Below, piece by piece: positions 1-9,500 of a DNA stretch of 64,000 nucleotides. The DNA lies in the IMG/VR virus record IMGVR_UViG_3300042934_000727, positions 6,185-70,184 of that record. The stretch is one strand, 5' to 3'. Under the pieces are notes generated by a model that searched no databases, was not told where the DNA came from, and saw nothing but the letters and a program-made list of their open reading frames with translations. Origin of the DNA: a virus. Numbering within the stretch: position 1 is the first letter of the stretch; every line of letters starts with the position of its first letter. The position numbers and the translations under genes were made by a program.

Positions 1-272
1 GGCGTCTTCAGGCCTCGGTCGTTCAGCTTGTCGGCGATCTCCGCGTAGCTGTGGACGGCCACGAGTCGGCGGATGAGCTTCAGGAGGCCGTCTCGGTCAT
101 ACGAGCGGGCGGGACCATCTAGGGACTCAAGCGCGGGGAACTCCGCCACCCGCCCGGTCGGGAACGTGATGCGCACGCTTTCGCCGCGCAGCTGATGCCG
201 CTTCTTGCGGTGGTGCGCGATCGACTTGCTGTCGAAATTGCGCCGGCAACCGTGGCAGTACGCCGCCTTCAT
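1..272 (-). CDS. Partial (runs off window) protein: CxxC/His zinc-finger-like N-terminus plus recombinase-domain-like HTH
   Basis: Hand translation from ATG at 272 (ATGA overlap with upstream gene): MKAAYCHGCRRNFDSKSIAHHRKKRH...SYAEIADKLNDRGLKT; not in ORF track. Confidence 0.6.
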   Translation of the reverse strand, partial: MKAAYCHGCRRNFDSKSIAHHRKKRHQLRGESVRITFPTGRVAEFPALESLDGPARSYDRDGLLKLIRRLVAVHSYAEIADKLNDRGLKT

Positions 273-523
273 CTTTCCTCCTCGAGCGCCGCGACGGCCT
301 GAGCCGCCCGCCACTCCGTCTGCAGGTTCAGCCACACCAGCGCCTCGTCGAGGCGGGCGTGGGGGTCGCCGATGTGGCGGAGCCAGATCTCGTCGAGCGG
401 GTGCATGAAGACCGTCAGCGGCGAGAAGACCGGCTTGCCGATCGGGATGCGGGGGTTCGTGATGATGGGGACGCCACCGAGGGCCGAGCGGGCGCCCTCG
501 GTGACGACGTTCCCGACGATCAT
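269..523 (-). CDS. Hypothetical protein
   Basis: ORF 269..619 trimmed to ATG at 523 (4-bp overlap with upstream gene). Confidence 0.6.
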   Translation of the reverse strand: MIVGNVVTEGARSALGGVPIITNPRIPIGKPVFSPLTVFMHPLDEIWLRHIGDPHARLDEALVWLNLQTEWRAAQAVAALEEER

Positions 524-921
524 GATGCGTCCGCCGATCCAGTCGAACCGGAGGATGACGCCTCGCACGCAGTGCACCCGGTGCGCAGCGTGATCGCCCC
601 GGGCTGCCAGTGCGGGCACTGGACTCCCTCTGTCGCGGGGTCGAGCCGGGAGAGGATGCGGCGCGACCGTTGGACGAACACACGAGCGCCGTCTGCCCCT
701 TGCGCGAAGGGCAGGCCGCGGTCGAGGTTGTCGATCTGACCGCGCACGCCCTCGATGACGGAGGCCTGCTGCTCGATGAGGTCAGCCGCCTGCGACCACG
801 GCGAGCGGTCTTCGCTTTCCGGCGGCATGCCCCACCCCTGCGCCTTCGCGTTTTCCCGCGACCGCGCGTGAATCTCCCGCAGTTCGCGGACGAGATCTCG
901 CGCCCGTTCTTCTGCGCTCAT
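520..921 (-). CDS. Hypothetical protein with C-terminal Cys/His pairs (CPHW...CTAC)
   Basis: Tightly coupled ORF in leftward operon. Confidence 0.7.
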   Translation of the reverse strand: MSAEERARDLVRELREIHARSRENAKAQGWGMPPESEDRSPWSQAADLIEQQASVIEGVRGQIDNLDRGLPFAQGADGARVFVQRSRRILSRLDPATEGVQCPHWQPGAITLRTGCTACEASSSGSTGSADAS

Positions 922-1196
922 CGGTTCTCCTCACCGGTCGGGTGGGCGGGCGTGAGCCATGCGGTCAGCCAGTCGCGCACGGCCTGGGCGTCGCTCGCGT
1001 CGAGCATCGCTGACGGAGTTCCGGGCGCCCGAAAGACGAAATCCACGGCCGTCTTCTCGATGTACTCGGGAAGGTTCTCCCCGCCCTCGGCAAGGAAGGC
1101 GTAGTTGTAGACCTGCTCGCGGACGCCGTGCAGTTCGAGATGGTGCGTGATACCGACCACGACTAGGCGGTCCGGCTCGTTGGTGGTGACGGTCAT
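918..1196 (-). CDS. Hypothetical protein
   Basis: Coupled ORF, ATGA overlaps. Confidence 0.7.
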   Translation of the reverse strand: MTVTTNEPDRLVVVGITHHLELHGVREQVYNYAFLAEGGENLPEYIEKTAVDFVFRAPGTPSAMLDASDAQAVRDWLTAWLTPAHPTGEENR

Positions 1197-1693
1197 TGCG
1201 CACTCCGATTCGTGTGGTCCGCGGGGGTGACCTGCTCCTCGAGCGCGTCGGCCCGCGTGACCAGCCAGGCTGCGATCGAGTGCGAGGCCTCGATCTCCGG
1301 CGTCGACGGCTCGTGGCCGTAGACCACGTCCCAGTCCATGAGGCTCGCCGCGATGTCCCGGTAGATCGACGCCGTCTGCACCGAAGCGGCGTCCGCAGCC
1401 CGGCGGCTGAAGCCCTGGGCGCCCAGCTCCTTCGCGACGATGCGCGCACCGGTGACCGAGATGGTCCCCTCGTCACGGCGAGACACGTTCCAGATCACCT
1501 GGCCCATCGCGTCGATCTCGGCCTCGGGCGAGGGCGCCAGAATGTCGAAGAACGCCGAGACGAGCTGGTAGATGAATTTGTCCCCGACGAATTCGCGCCA
1601 CGGCTCGCCGTGCCGGAGGACGGTCACCTGCCCGTGCTCCTCGTCGTTCTGCTGCAGCGTGTACTTGCCGTTCTCGAAGTCGTGGGTGCGCAT
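1193..1693 (-). CDS. Hypothetical protein
   Basis: Coupled ORF, phage-like codon usage. Confidence 0.75.
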   Translation of the reverse strand: MRTHDFENGKYTLQQNDEEHGQVTVLRHGEPWREFVGDKFIYQLVSAFFDILAPSPEAEIDAMGQVIWNVSRRDEGTISVTGARIVAKELGAQGFSRRAADAASVQTASIYRDIAASLMDWDVVYGHEPSTPEIEASHSIAAWLVTRADALEEQVTPADHTNRSAQ

Positions 1694-3021
1694 CAGGCGG
1701 CCACCGCTTCTTCCGACTCGAGGTCCACCTCGCCGGCGTCGAGCTGCGCCGTCTCGTAGAGGTAGTGGCTGTCGTTCTTGTACTTGAACAGCAAGGGCAC
1801 GCGGCCGCCGCGGTCGACGCGGATCGCGATGCCCTCGTCAGCGCCCGTCCCGTTCGCATCCAGGGGCAGCGGCCGGTCGAGGTACGGCTCCTCGTCGTGG
1901 GCGCCGCTGTAGCCGTACGCGTAGGCGTGGAAGTCCTTCTCCCGGAAGTCCTCGAGCACGAAGTCGCGCTTGAAGCCGCGCCACAGTTCGGGGACGTGCT
2001 TCAGCCCGTGCTCGTCGCAGAACGTCCGCACCTGGTCCCAGGACAGGTCGTACAGCTCGCCCGCGTTCGTGATGATCGAGACGCGGTAGACGTACAGCTC
2101 GCGCTGGCCGTTGGCGAGCCGGTAGGTGTGGCCCTTCTGGATCGGGGTCTCATCCCCCACCCAGCCGACGAGCTCTCCGTAGACGATGACGTTCTCGGGG
2201 ATCCGGTCGCCGATCACCGCGAGGTGCTCCGTCCACAGGTCGCGCCCGTAGTGGTGCTGCTGCGTCTCCGACTTCGGGTCCTTGATGACCTGACGGGAGC
2301 CGGCGAGCAGGTCGAAGGAGCGCTCCTCGACGCGCACGCCGAGCTTCTGCGCCAGGCGCTCGAGCCAGCTGAGCTGGTTGCGCACGAGCGTGCGGGTGCC
2401 GCGCCACGAGGTGCCGTGGAGCTTCTGCGTGGCGATGAGCACGTCGTCGTCCGACAGCAGGTCCTCGTTGCGGAGGTACTGGTCGGTCTCAATGTGCACG
2501 GGGAAGAGCTTCGCGTCGACGCGCTTGAACGCCTTCTTGACGTTGCGCTCCTCGCGGCTGCCCTGCGAGACCGGCTCCTTCACGCGGAACTTGCGGGAGA
2601 TCTCGTGACCGTCGATGTGGTCGAACGCGACCCCCTCGGTGAAGTCGTCGACGTACAGCCCGAACGCCGCCGCGACGACGTGGACGGGCAGCAGGAGGCC
2701 GTTGGAGACGGAGCCGCGGAGCTTCAGTGCGCGCACGCGCCGGTTGTCCTCGAGGTAGCCCTTGTCGGCCGGGTCGTCGTTCAGCTCGGAGTGTCGATAC
2801 AGGCCGGCGCCGGCGGCGAGGGCGTGACTCAGCTGCGCCTCGGCCGGGAAGAACACCGCCAGATCACCCTCGTGGATGTCGCCGTCCTTCTGGGTGATGA
2901 CGGTGTAGCCGAAGATGCCGACGCCGACGAGTCGGTCGGCCTTGGGGAGCGGGAACGGGGTGGGTACGCGCACCACCTGGGCGGCGTAGTTGCTGCTGTC
3001 GCGGATCTCGAACGTGGTCAT
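1693..3021 (-). CDS. ATP-dependent RNA ligase (Rnl2/DRB0094-like, N-terminal OB-like domain)
   Basis: Nucleotidyltransferase motifs TQKLHGT (I), YGELVG (III), DEGIAIR (IV), FKYKN (V); adjacent to PNK. Confidence 0.88.
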   Translation of the reverse strand: MTTFEIRDSSNYAAQVVRVPTPFPLPKADRLVGVGIFGYTVITQKDGDIHEGDLAVFFPAEAQLSHALAAGAGLYRHSELNDDPADKGYLEDNRRVRALKLRGSVSNGLLLPVHVVAAAFGLYVDDFTEGVAFDHIDGHEISRKFRVKEPVSQGSREERNVKKAFKRVDAKLFPVHIETDQYLRNEDLLSDDDVLIATQKLHGTSWRGTRTLVRNQLSWLERLAQKLGVRVEERSFDLLAGSRQVIKDPKSETQQHHYGRDLWTEHLAVIGDRIPENVIVYGELVGWVGDETPIQKGHTYRLANGQRELYVYRVSIITNAGELYDLSWDQVRTFCDEHGLKHVPELWRGFKRDFVLEDFREKDFHAYAYGYSGAHDEEPYLDRPLPLDANGTGADEGIAIRVDRGGRVPLLFKYKNDSHYLYETAQLDAGEVDLESEEAVAA

Positions 3022-3037
3022 GATGCTCTCGTTTCTC

Positions 3038-4000
3038 TCAGAAGTCGTGGTCGGTGTCGCCGACGGCGAAGGTGGTGAGGCCCTTGGCGCGCCACATGCG
3101 CAGCACGCGCGGCCGGTCGTCGAGGATGCCGACGATGTTGTACCTGCCGGCGATCTCGGTGTCGAAGATGTTGGCCTTGACGATGTCGTCCGGGGTGCCA
3201 GCCTGCGCGTCGGCGAGGCTGCGGAAGTGGAACTCGTCGGGGCGCACGCGCACGCGCTCGAGCCACCACTGCTCCGTCACGGCGCGGAACTCCTCGCTGC
3301 GACCGGAGACGCCGATGATGTAGGCGGAGTCCTGCAGCAGGGCGACGAGTCGGGCGACGTTCTCGAAGAGGCCGTCCTGCGAGTAGAGCGCGGCGTCCTT
3401 CGCGTACGGCGAGCGGTGCGACAGGTCGGCGACCGTGCCGTCGGTGTCGACGATCCAGGCGTCGGGGAGGTCCGGGTTCCAGGCGGGCGCCGGCTTCCAC
3501 GGGACGGCCGATCCACGCTTCCCGGGGGTGGTCTGCAGGTGCAGCTCGGGGTTCAGCTCGTAGGCCGGGAGCGCTCCGTGCGCGGGGATCCCGAAGCGCT
3601 GCGCCAGCTCGGTGATGACGGCCACGCCGACTCCGCGCTCTCCTCGAGCGACGCGGAGCTCGTCGGCCTGGATGCACTCGGCGACGGGCTTGACGCAGTC
3701 GAGCAGCTCCACCGGGGCGATCTTCTCCCAGCGCTTCACGTAGCGCGCGCGGAGGTGCATGGCGTCGACGATCACGTCGCGCCCCTCCTTGAGGGCGGCG
3801 CGGACGAGGCTCTCCTCGGCGCGCGTCACAACCTCCTCGTCGCCGTGCGTGAGCTGGCCGGCGGGCTTGCCGAACAGCATGGCGCGGATGTCGTCGCGGT
3901 TCACGCGCGCACGCCTGTCGGGCTCTTCGGCCACCCAGGCCTTCGCGAGGGTGGTCTTGCCGGAGCCGGGCAGGCCCCTCGTCACGATGATCTTGGTCAC
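3038..4000 (-). CDS. Polynucleotide 5'-kinase/3'-phosphatase (T4 PseT-like)
   Basis: GTG start at 4000; P-loop GLPGSGKTT, RVNRDDIR, HAD motif DTDGT, ILDDRPRV. Confidence 0.92.
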   Translation of the reverse strand: MTKIIVTRGLPGSGKTTLAKAWVAEEPDRRARVNRDDIRAMLFGKPAGQLTHGDEEVVTRAEESLVRAALKEGRDVIVDAMHLRARYVKRWEKIAPVELLDCVKPVAECIQADELRVARGERGVGVAVITELAQRFGIPAHGALPAYELNPELHLQTTPGKRGSAVPWKPAPAWNPDLPDAWIVDTDGTVADLSHRSPYAKDAALYSQDGLFENVARLVALLQDSAYIIGVSGRSEEFRAVTEQWWLERVRVRPDEFHFRSLADAQAGTPDDIVKANIFDTEIAGRYNIVGILDDRPRVLRMWRAKGLTTFAVGDTDHDF

Positions 4001-4251
4001 TGCTGGATCCTTCCGATGGGGCGGAACGCGGTCGCGTTCGCGTGGATGCCGTACTGGACGAGCTGGATGGCGCACTCCTTCGAGCACGTATAGATCTCGT
4101 CGGTCAGGTAGTGGTTGTGGGCTTCGGTGACTCGGCGGATGGTGAGGTAGACGCCTTCGGGCATGTCGGTGGAGAACGGCGATGCTGCCTGGGCGACTGT
4201 GCCGCATCCGCCGCACTCGTAGCCGGTGACGGTCTTCGTGATGCGCGTCAT
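3997..4251 (-). CDS. Small zinc-binding protein
   Basis: ATG at 4251; ECGGCG and TCSKEC Cys pairs. Confidence 0.65.
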   Translation of the reverse strand: MTRITKTVTGYECGGCGTVAQAASPFSTDMPEGVYLTIRRVTEAHNHYLTDEIYTCSKECAIQLVQYGIHANATAFRPIGRIQQ

Positions 4252-5963
4252 GCGGCGATGCCTCCCTGCATGGCGTTGCGGACGGCCCAGGCCTTCTCGA
4301 TGAGCTGGGCGAGCGAGATCTCGTCGACGGAGTCCTTCATCACGAGCTTGACGTGCTGGAATCCGCCCCACTCCTTCGTCATGCCGGGGCGGAAGTAGCG
4401 GCGGATGGCCTGCTCGTTGAGCGCCGGGTTGCCGTCGGCTTCGCTGATCCAGATGACCTTGTTGGCGCGGCGCTGGAAGCCGTCGAGGCCGGTGCCGAAG
4501 GACTGGATGGTCGAGATGAGGTAGGGGAACTCGCCGCCGATGAAGGCCTGCTTGAGCTTCTCGCGCTCGGGGCGGCTGAGGTCTCCGGTCCAGGCGCGTG
4601 CGTCGTAGCCGGCGCGGCGCATCCGCTGGGCGATGAAGTGCGCGCCGATCTTCGAGTCGGTGTAGATGGCGACGGGCTGGCCGGCGTAGGCGATGTCGAG
4701 GAGGTTCCGCAGCGGCAGGAGCTTCGCGCTGGCGGCGTCGTCGGCCATGAAGACCGTCTCCTTGCCGGTCTCGGGGTCGACGCCCATGGAGAGCTCGGCG
4801 ATCGCGACCTGGCGCAGGCGCATGCGGAGGATCGGCGGCATGTCCACGACGAGCGGCATCTCTTCGCCCTGCCAGTCGCGGACCCACGTCATGAGGTCCT
4901 TCTGCAGGTCGTCCATCTGCTCGCGCTGGCGCGGGGTGGCGTCGCAGTAGACGACCTCGGGCGCCGGAACGGGCTCGTTCTCGCGGCGGATGTAGCAGGG
5001 CAGGGTGGAGACGAACTCCCCCGGCACCTTCTCCCCCACGACCCGGGTGACGCCGGTGCCGCGCTTCGTCTCGATCTGCTTGCCGCCGCGGCCGGTGACG
5101 GCCTCCGACTCCAGGAAGCGCGCCTTCCAGCGGTCGTGGCTGCTCTCAACGTAGGGCAGGCCGGTGGCCGGGTTCTCGCCGGGCCAGACCCAGCGCGCGA
5201 CCGACCACATGTTCTCGAGCGCGTTCAGGAACCAGGTGCCCGACAGCGCGGCGCGGTAGCTCGCCTTGATCGAGAGGATCGTGCGGCGGGTGTTCGAGGA
5301 CTTGTTCGCGATGGCCTGGCACTCGTCGAAGATGACGGCGTCGAGGGGCTTGCGGGCGAACTTCCGGTAGACGCCCTTGTGATCGCTCTTCGTCTTGTAG
5401 ACCGGCTCGAGCGCGGGGCCGATGACGCCCTTCGCGGTCTTGCGCTTCTCGAGCTTCGGCGTCTGGGCGGGACCGATCTGGCCCTCGGCGCGGTCGATGA
5501 GCAGCAGTTCACCCTGGAATGGGCCCGACTTCCGAGCCTTGAAGACGCGGTCGCCGGACTTCTTGTCGAGCTCGGGGCGCGGGCGGCCCTGGTCGTCGCG
5601 GAGGGTGATGGTCTCCCAGTCCTTCTCGCGGAGGAAGTCGGCGGTCGCGATGAAGATCCCCGGCTCGTGGCGCATGAACGCCTCGAACTCGGCGCGGCCG
5701 GCGGCGGATCCGTTCATGATCCGCACGCCCCGCGCGCCGTCGCTCTGCGCGCGCAGTCGCTCATCCCACTGGGCGTGGGTGTCGCCCAGGCCGATGAGGA
5801 GGACGCGCTGCCAGCCGGCACGGAGGATCAGCTCGGCGCCGATCGTCGTCTTGCCGAATCCGGGCTCGTCGCCGATCAGGACACCGTCAGAGGTGCCGAT
5901 CTGTGCGAGGCCCGCCTCGATGGCGATTTCCTGGTCTGCGCGCGGGGTGTGCTTCTCGGTCAT
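4248..5963 (-). CDS. SF2 (SNF2-like) DNA helicase
   Basis: GDEPGFGKT Walker A, FDECQ motif II, LSGT motif III, GTGLDG motif V, QAIRRYFRPG motif VI. Confidence 0.88.
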   Translation of the reverse strand: MTEKHTPRADQEIAIEAGLAQIGTSDGVLIGDEPGFGKTTIGAELILRAGWQRVLLIGLGDTHAQWDERLRAQSDGARGVRIMNGSAAGRAEFEAFMRHEPGIFIATADFLREKDWETITLRDDQGRPRPELDKKSGDRVFKARKSGPFQGELLLIDRAEGQIGPAQTPKLEKRKTAKGVIGPALEPVYKTKSDHKGVYRKFARKPLDAVIFDECQAIANKSSNTRRTILSIKASYRAALSGTWFLNALENMWSVARWVWPGENPATGLPYVESSHDRWKARFLESEAVTGRGGKQIETKRGTGVTRVVGEKVPGEFVSTLPCYIRRENEPVPAPEVVYCDATPRQREQMDDLQKDLMTWVRDWQGEEMPLVVDMPPILRMRLRQVAIAELSMGVDPETGKETVFMADDAASAKLLPLRNLLDIAYAGQPVAIYTDSKIGAHFIAQRMRRAGYDARAWTGDLSRPEREKLKQAFIGGEFPYLISTIQSFGTGLDGFQRRANKVIWISEADGNPALNEQAIRRYFRPGMTKEWGGFQHVKLVMKDSVDEISLAQLIEKAWAVRNAMQGGIAA

Positions 5964-5970
5964 GGTGGTG

Positions 5971-6570
5971 TCAGGCCGCCTTCTCGACGAGGTTGTCTGC
6001 GGCCCAGTTGCGGGCGCGCTTGCCGAAGATGCTGTCGGGCTGCGTGACGAGCGCGACGACGGGGTGGCGGCCGACGGAGGGGACGAAGGCCTCGGTGACC
6101 GGCGCGATCGTGCCCTTCTCGGCGTCGTACTGGAAGACGGCGCTCTGCAGGGCGGCGTCGCCGGCGTAGGTCTCCTCGGAGATGCTCAGGACGGTGAGGA
6201 TCGGCAGGACCTCGGCGTTGGACGGGGTGATGCGGAACTGCCCGTGCTTGCCGACCGCCTCGAACTCCTTCGCGACCGGTGCGACGATCTCGTCGGCCGA
6301 GGCCGGCTTCTCGAGGTAGCGCTCCCCGTCCGCGATGGCCTGGTAGGCGGTGACGGTGGCCTTGGTGTGCAGGCCGATGTTCGCGATCTTCGTGACGGAG
6401 ATCTCGGCGGCCTTGGCTTCGGCGGCGCGGATGTTGCGGCGCACGAGCGCGGCGTCCAGCTCCTTCCGCAGCTGGGCGCGGAGGCGGGTCTCCAGGGTGG
6501 ACTTCAGCTCGCGGTACTCGTTGTCGGCTTCGGCGACGGCCTGAAGCCTGCGTTCCTGTTCGGGGGTCAT
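5971..6570 (-). CDS. Hypothetical protein, possible N-terminal HTH DNA-binding domain
   Basis: Helical N-terminus with ISVTKIANIGLHTK...TAYQAI HTH-like segment. Confidence 0.55.
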   Translation of the reverse strand: MTPEQERRLQAVAEADNEYRELKSTLETRLRAQLRKELDAALVRRNIRAAEAKAAEISVTKIANIGLHTKATVTAYQAIADGERYLEKPASADEIVAPVAKEFEAVGKHGQFRITPSNAEVLPILTVLSISEETYAGDAALQSAVFQYDAEKGTIAPVTEAFVPSVGRHPVVALVTQPDSIFGKRARNWAADNLVEKAA

Positions 6571-9500
6571 GCGTTCGTGCTCCTGTCGGTGGTCTTGGCG
6601 GGCGGGGTGGAGAGGGCTTCTCCGAGGACGGGGATGGCGAGGAGGGCGAGGGCCGCCCAGATGAAGGGCCAGGCGATCACAGGCGCCCGTACTTCTCGCG
6701 GATGGCCTCGCCGGCCTTCGCGATGAGGACGGTCACGTCGTCGCCGTAGCGATGTGTGAAGGTGGCGATCCGGTCCTGATTGCCGCCAGAGATGAGGGCG
6801 GTGTAGCTGCACTCCTGGTCGAGCGAACGGAAGCCATTGGCGCCGAACTCCACCTCCGTCGTGATGTTCTCGATGTGCAGGTGTCGGCGCGCCGAACCGT
6901 CTGCGATGTTGATGTCGACGATGACGCTCACGCGGCCACCTCGTAGACCTCGTCGTAGTCGAGTCCGAGCCGGTCGAGCACGCGAGGCAGGAGCCACTGG
7001 CTCCACACCTGGTCGTTGTCGAGCGGGGGCCAGCCGGCATTGTCGGAGAAGAGCTGCGCGACCGCGCCGATGGCGTCGTCCACCTCCACGAGGGAGGGGC
7101 TGTGTCCGGCCAGCGGGGCCTTGCGCACGATCGCGTCGAACAGGTGGTGCGCGCGGTCGGGGGCGAACATGACGGGGGCGTTGGGGTCGGTCATCGCGCG
7201 TCCTCCTTCTTCGGGTTGAGCCAGCCGTTCGCGGTGCCGAGACTGACGAGGCGGTGGTAGATCTGGGCGAGCAGGCCCGGGGCGTTCTCGGTGACGTAGG
7301 AGTACTCCTCGCCGCTGGCGTCGACGCCGTACGCGACCCACGGGCGAATGCGGGCGGCGATCTGCTCGAAGTCGGAGGCCCAGGTGTCGCGCTCGGTGAG
7401 GACGGGGACGCTCATGCCGTCCGCCTCTCTTCGAGCGTGCGCTCGTACGCGTCGAGGGCCAGGCCCCAGGTCTCGCCGGTGTCCTGGTAGCTCTGGGCGG
7501 CGGACGCGGCGAGCTGCACAGCCTGCGGCGCGCCGTACCCCCGCAGGTAGTGGTCAGCGCCGACGACGCTGCCGTACTCGGGCACGAGGGAGGGGTCGAT
7601 CTTCGAGAGGGCGAGGCCGATGAGGCAGGCGGGTTCGCCGGCGGCGTTCTGGTACTGGCACTGGCCGGTGTTGTCGCGCCAGCCCTCGGCGCGCGCCACC
7701 TCGTCGTCCACGGCGGGGTAGGTGTAGGCCGCACCGCGCTCTTCGACGGCGGCCCTCATGGCGGCGGTGAACGCCTCTTCGGTGATCGGGGTGGTCAGGG
7801 TTGCGATGCTCACTGGGACTCCTCCTCGGGGTCGTTTTGCTGGATACTGCGGGCGTAGCGGGTGCGACGGGAGCCGACGTAGCTGAGGCGGGTGAAGATC
7901 GTGCAGGACACGACCAACAGGAAGAACGCGGCGATTATCGTGCTGGTGACGACGGTCTCGACCATGTGGTCCATCAGGCGCACATCTCCTTCGCGTTGCG
8001 GATGGCCTGGAGGATGTCGTCGCCCGTGGGGTCGGTGCAGTCGGCGGCCGCGCGGCCCAGGGTGAGCGGGACGCCGTTGACGGTGGTGCCGACACGGATC
8101 TCCTTCACGACCCGCCAGCGGGCGCTGTACTCGGCGCGGTAGTCGTACGGGTCACCGGCGCCGGGGGCGGCGTCGATGGCGCCGAAGATCACGGCGCGCT
8201 GCATGTCGGTCAGGCGCGGCAGGAGGTCGAGCGTGGCGAGGATGGTGTCGAGGCGCGAGTACTCGGCGCTGACGAGCGGGTCTGCGAGGCTCACAGTCCA
8301 CCTTCCTCGATCGCTCGGCGCGCAACGGCGGCCAGGCGGTCGCCGCTGAGCTTGTCGCTCCACGCCTCCCCTTCGCCCTCGAATGCGAGCCGGATGGCGC
8401 CCTCAATGCGGTCGTAGCGGGCCTCTTCGACCAGGCCGGGCGCATTCTCCGGCTCCCAGGAGTTCCAGCCGAGCTGGATCCCGGCCTGGACGGCGTGCGC
8501 GAGGACCTGGCGGAGAAACTGCATGCCGTCCTTGTCCCCGGCGACGCGGAACGCTACCTCCAGGCGCTCAGCGTTAATCTCGCGCTCCACCCACTCGTCC
8601 ACGGACTCATTGACGGCGGCGGGCTCGACCACGGCGCGGAGGGCGTCGGCGAGCGTGTGCGGATTGAAGTCGTCCTTGATGACGTTCGGAGTGCCATCGA
8701 ACGCCGCGAGAAGCGCACGGGCCTCGTCGTAGCGGTCGGATGCGGAGGTGGCGGTGCTCACTGCGTGATCCCTTCGATGATGAGGTCCTGCGACGTGTAG
8801 CCGTCGGCGATGTAGCCGTGGATCGTGTCGAGCAGGTCGGCCACGGTGTTGCCGCCGATCCAGGTGCGAACGCCATCTGCGGGCGCGGACACGACGATGC
8901 GCTCTGCGATCAGGGGGCGGAGCAGGTCGAGCCACTGGCGCACGTCCGACCGAGTGATGAAGCTCATGGGGTCCTGTGCGCCGATCTGCTCGAACGCCTT
9001 CTCGATGATCCGGTCGTCCGCGAGGCGGGCGGCCTCCTGCGCGGCGGCGCTCACGCGGCCACCTGCCAGACGGTGAGGTCCCCCTCGGGGCTGAGGCTGT
9101 AGTGGCGCGCCACCTGCCCGTCCGAGAAGTCGACCGCGATGGCGTCGAAGTACTCGCCACGCTGGCCGCCGTGCGGCACGTAGACACCCGGCTCGTCTGT
9201 CGGGAAGTCGGCCTCGATGGCATCGGTGATCGCTGCGGGCACCGGCTTCTCGGCGGACTCGCTCTGTTCTGCGATCCGACCGGCGCGGAACGCACGCGAT
9301 GCGACGGTGCGGAGCGACTGCTCGAAGTCGACCCAGCGCATGTGGGCGATGTGCCCGCTGTACCCGCCGAATTCTTCGTCCGCGATGGCGCGGGCCGTGT
9401 CGAACTCTTGCGCGCGGTCGACCTCGATGGCGGCGGCCATCATCTCGACGACGGCCTCGCCGCTACCGCGGTGGAAGCCGGTGCCTTCTCCCCACGTCTC

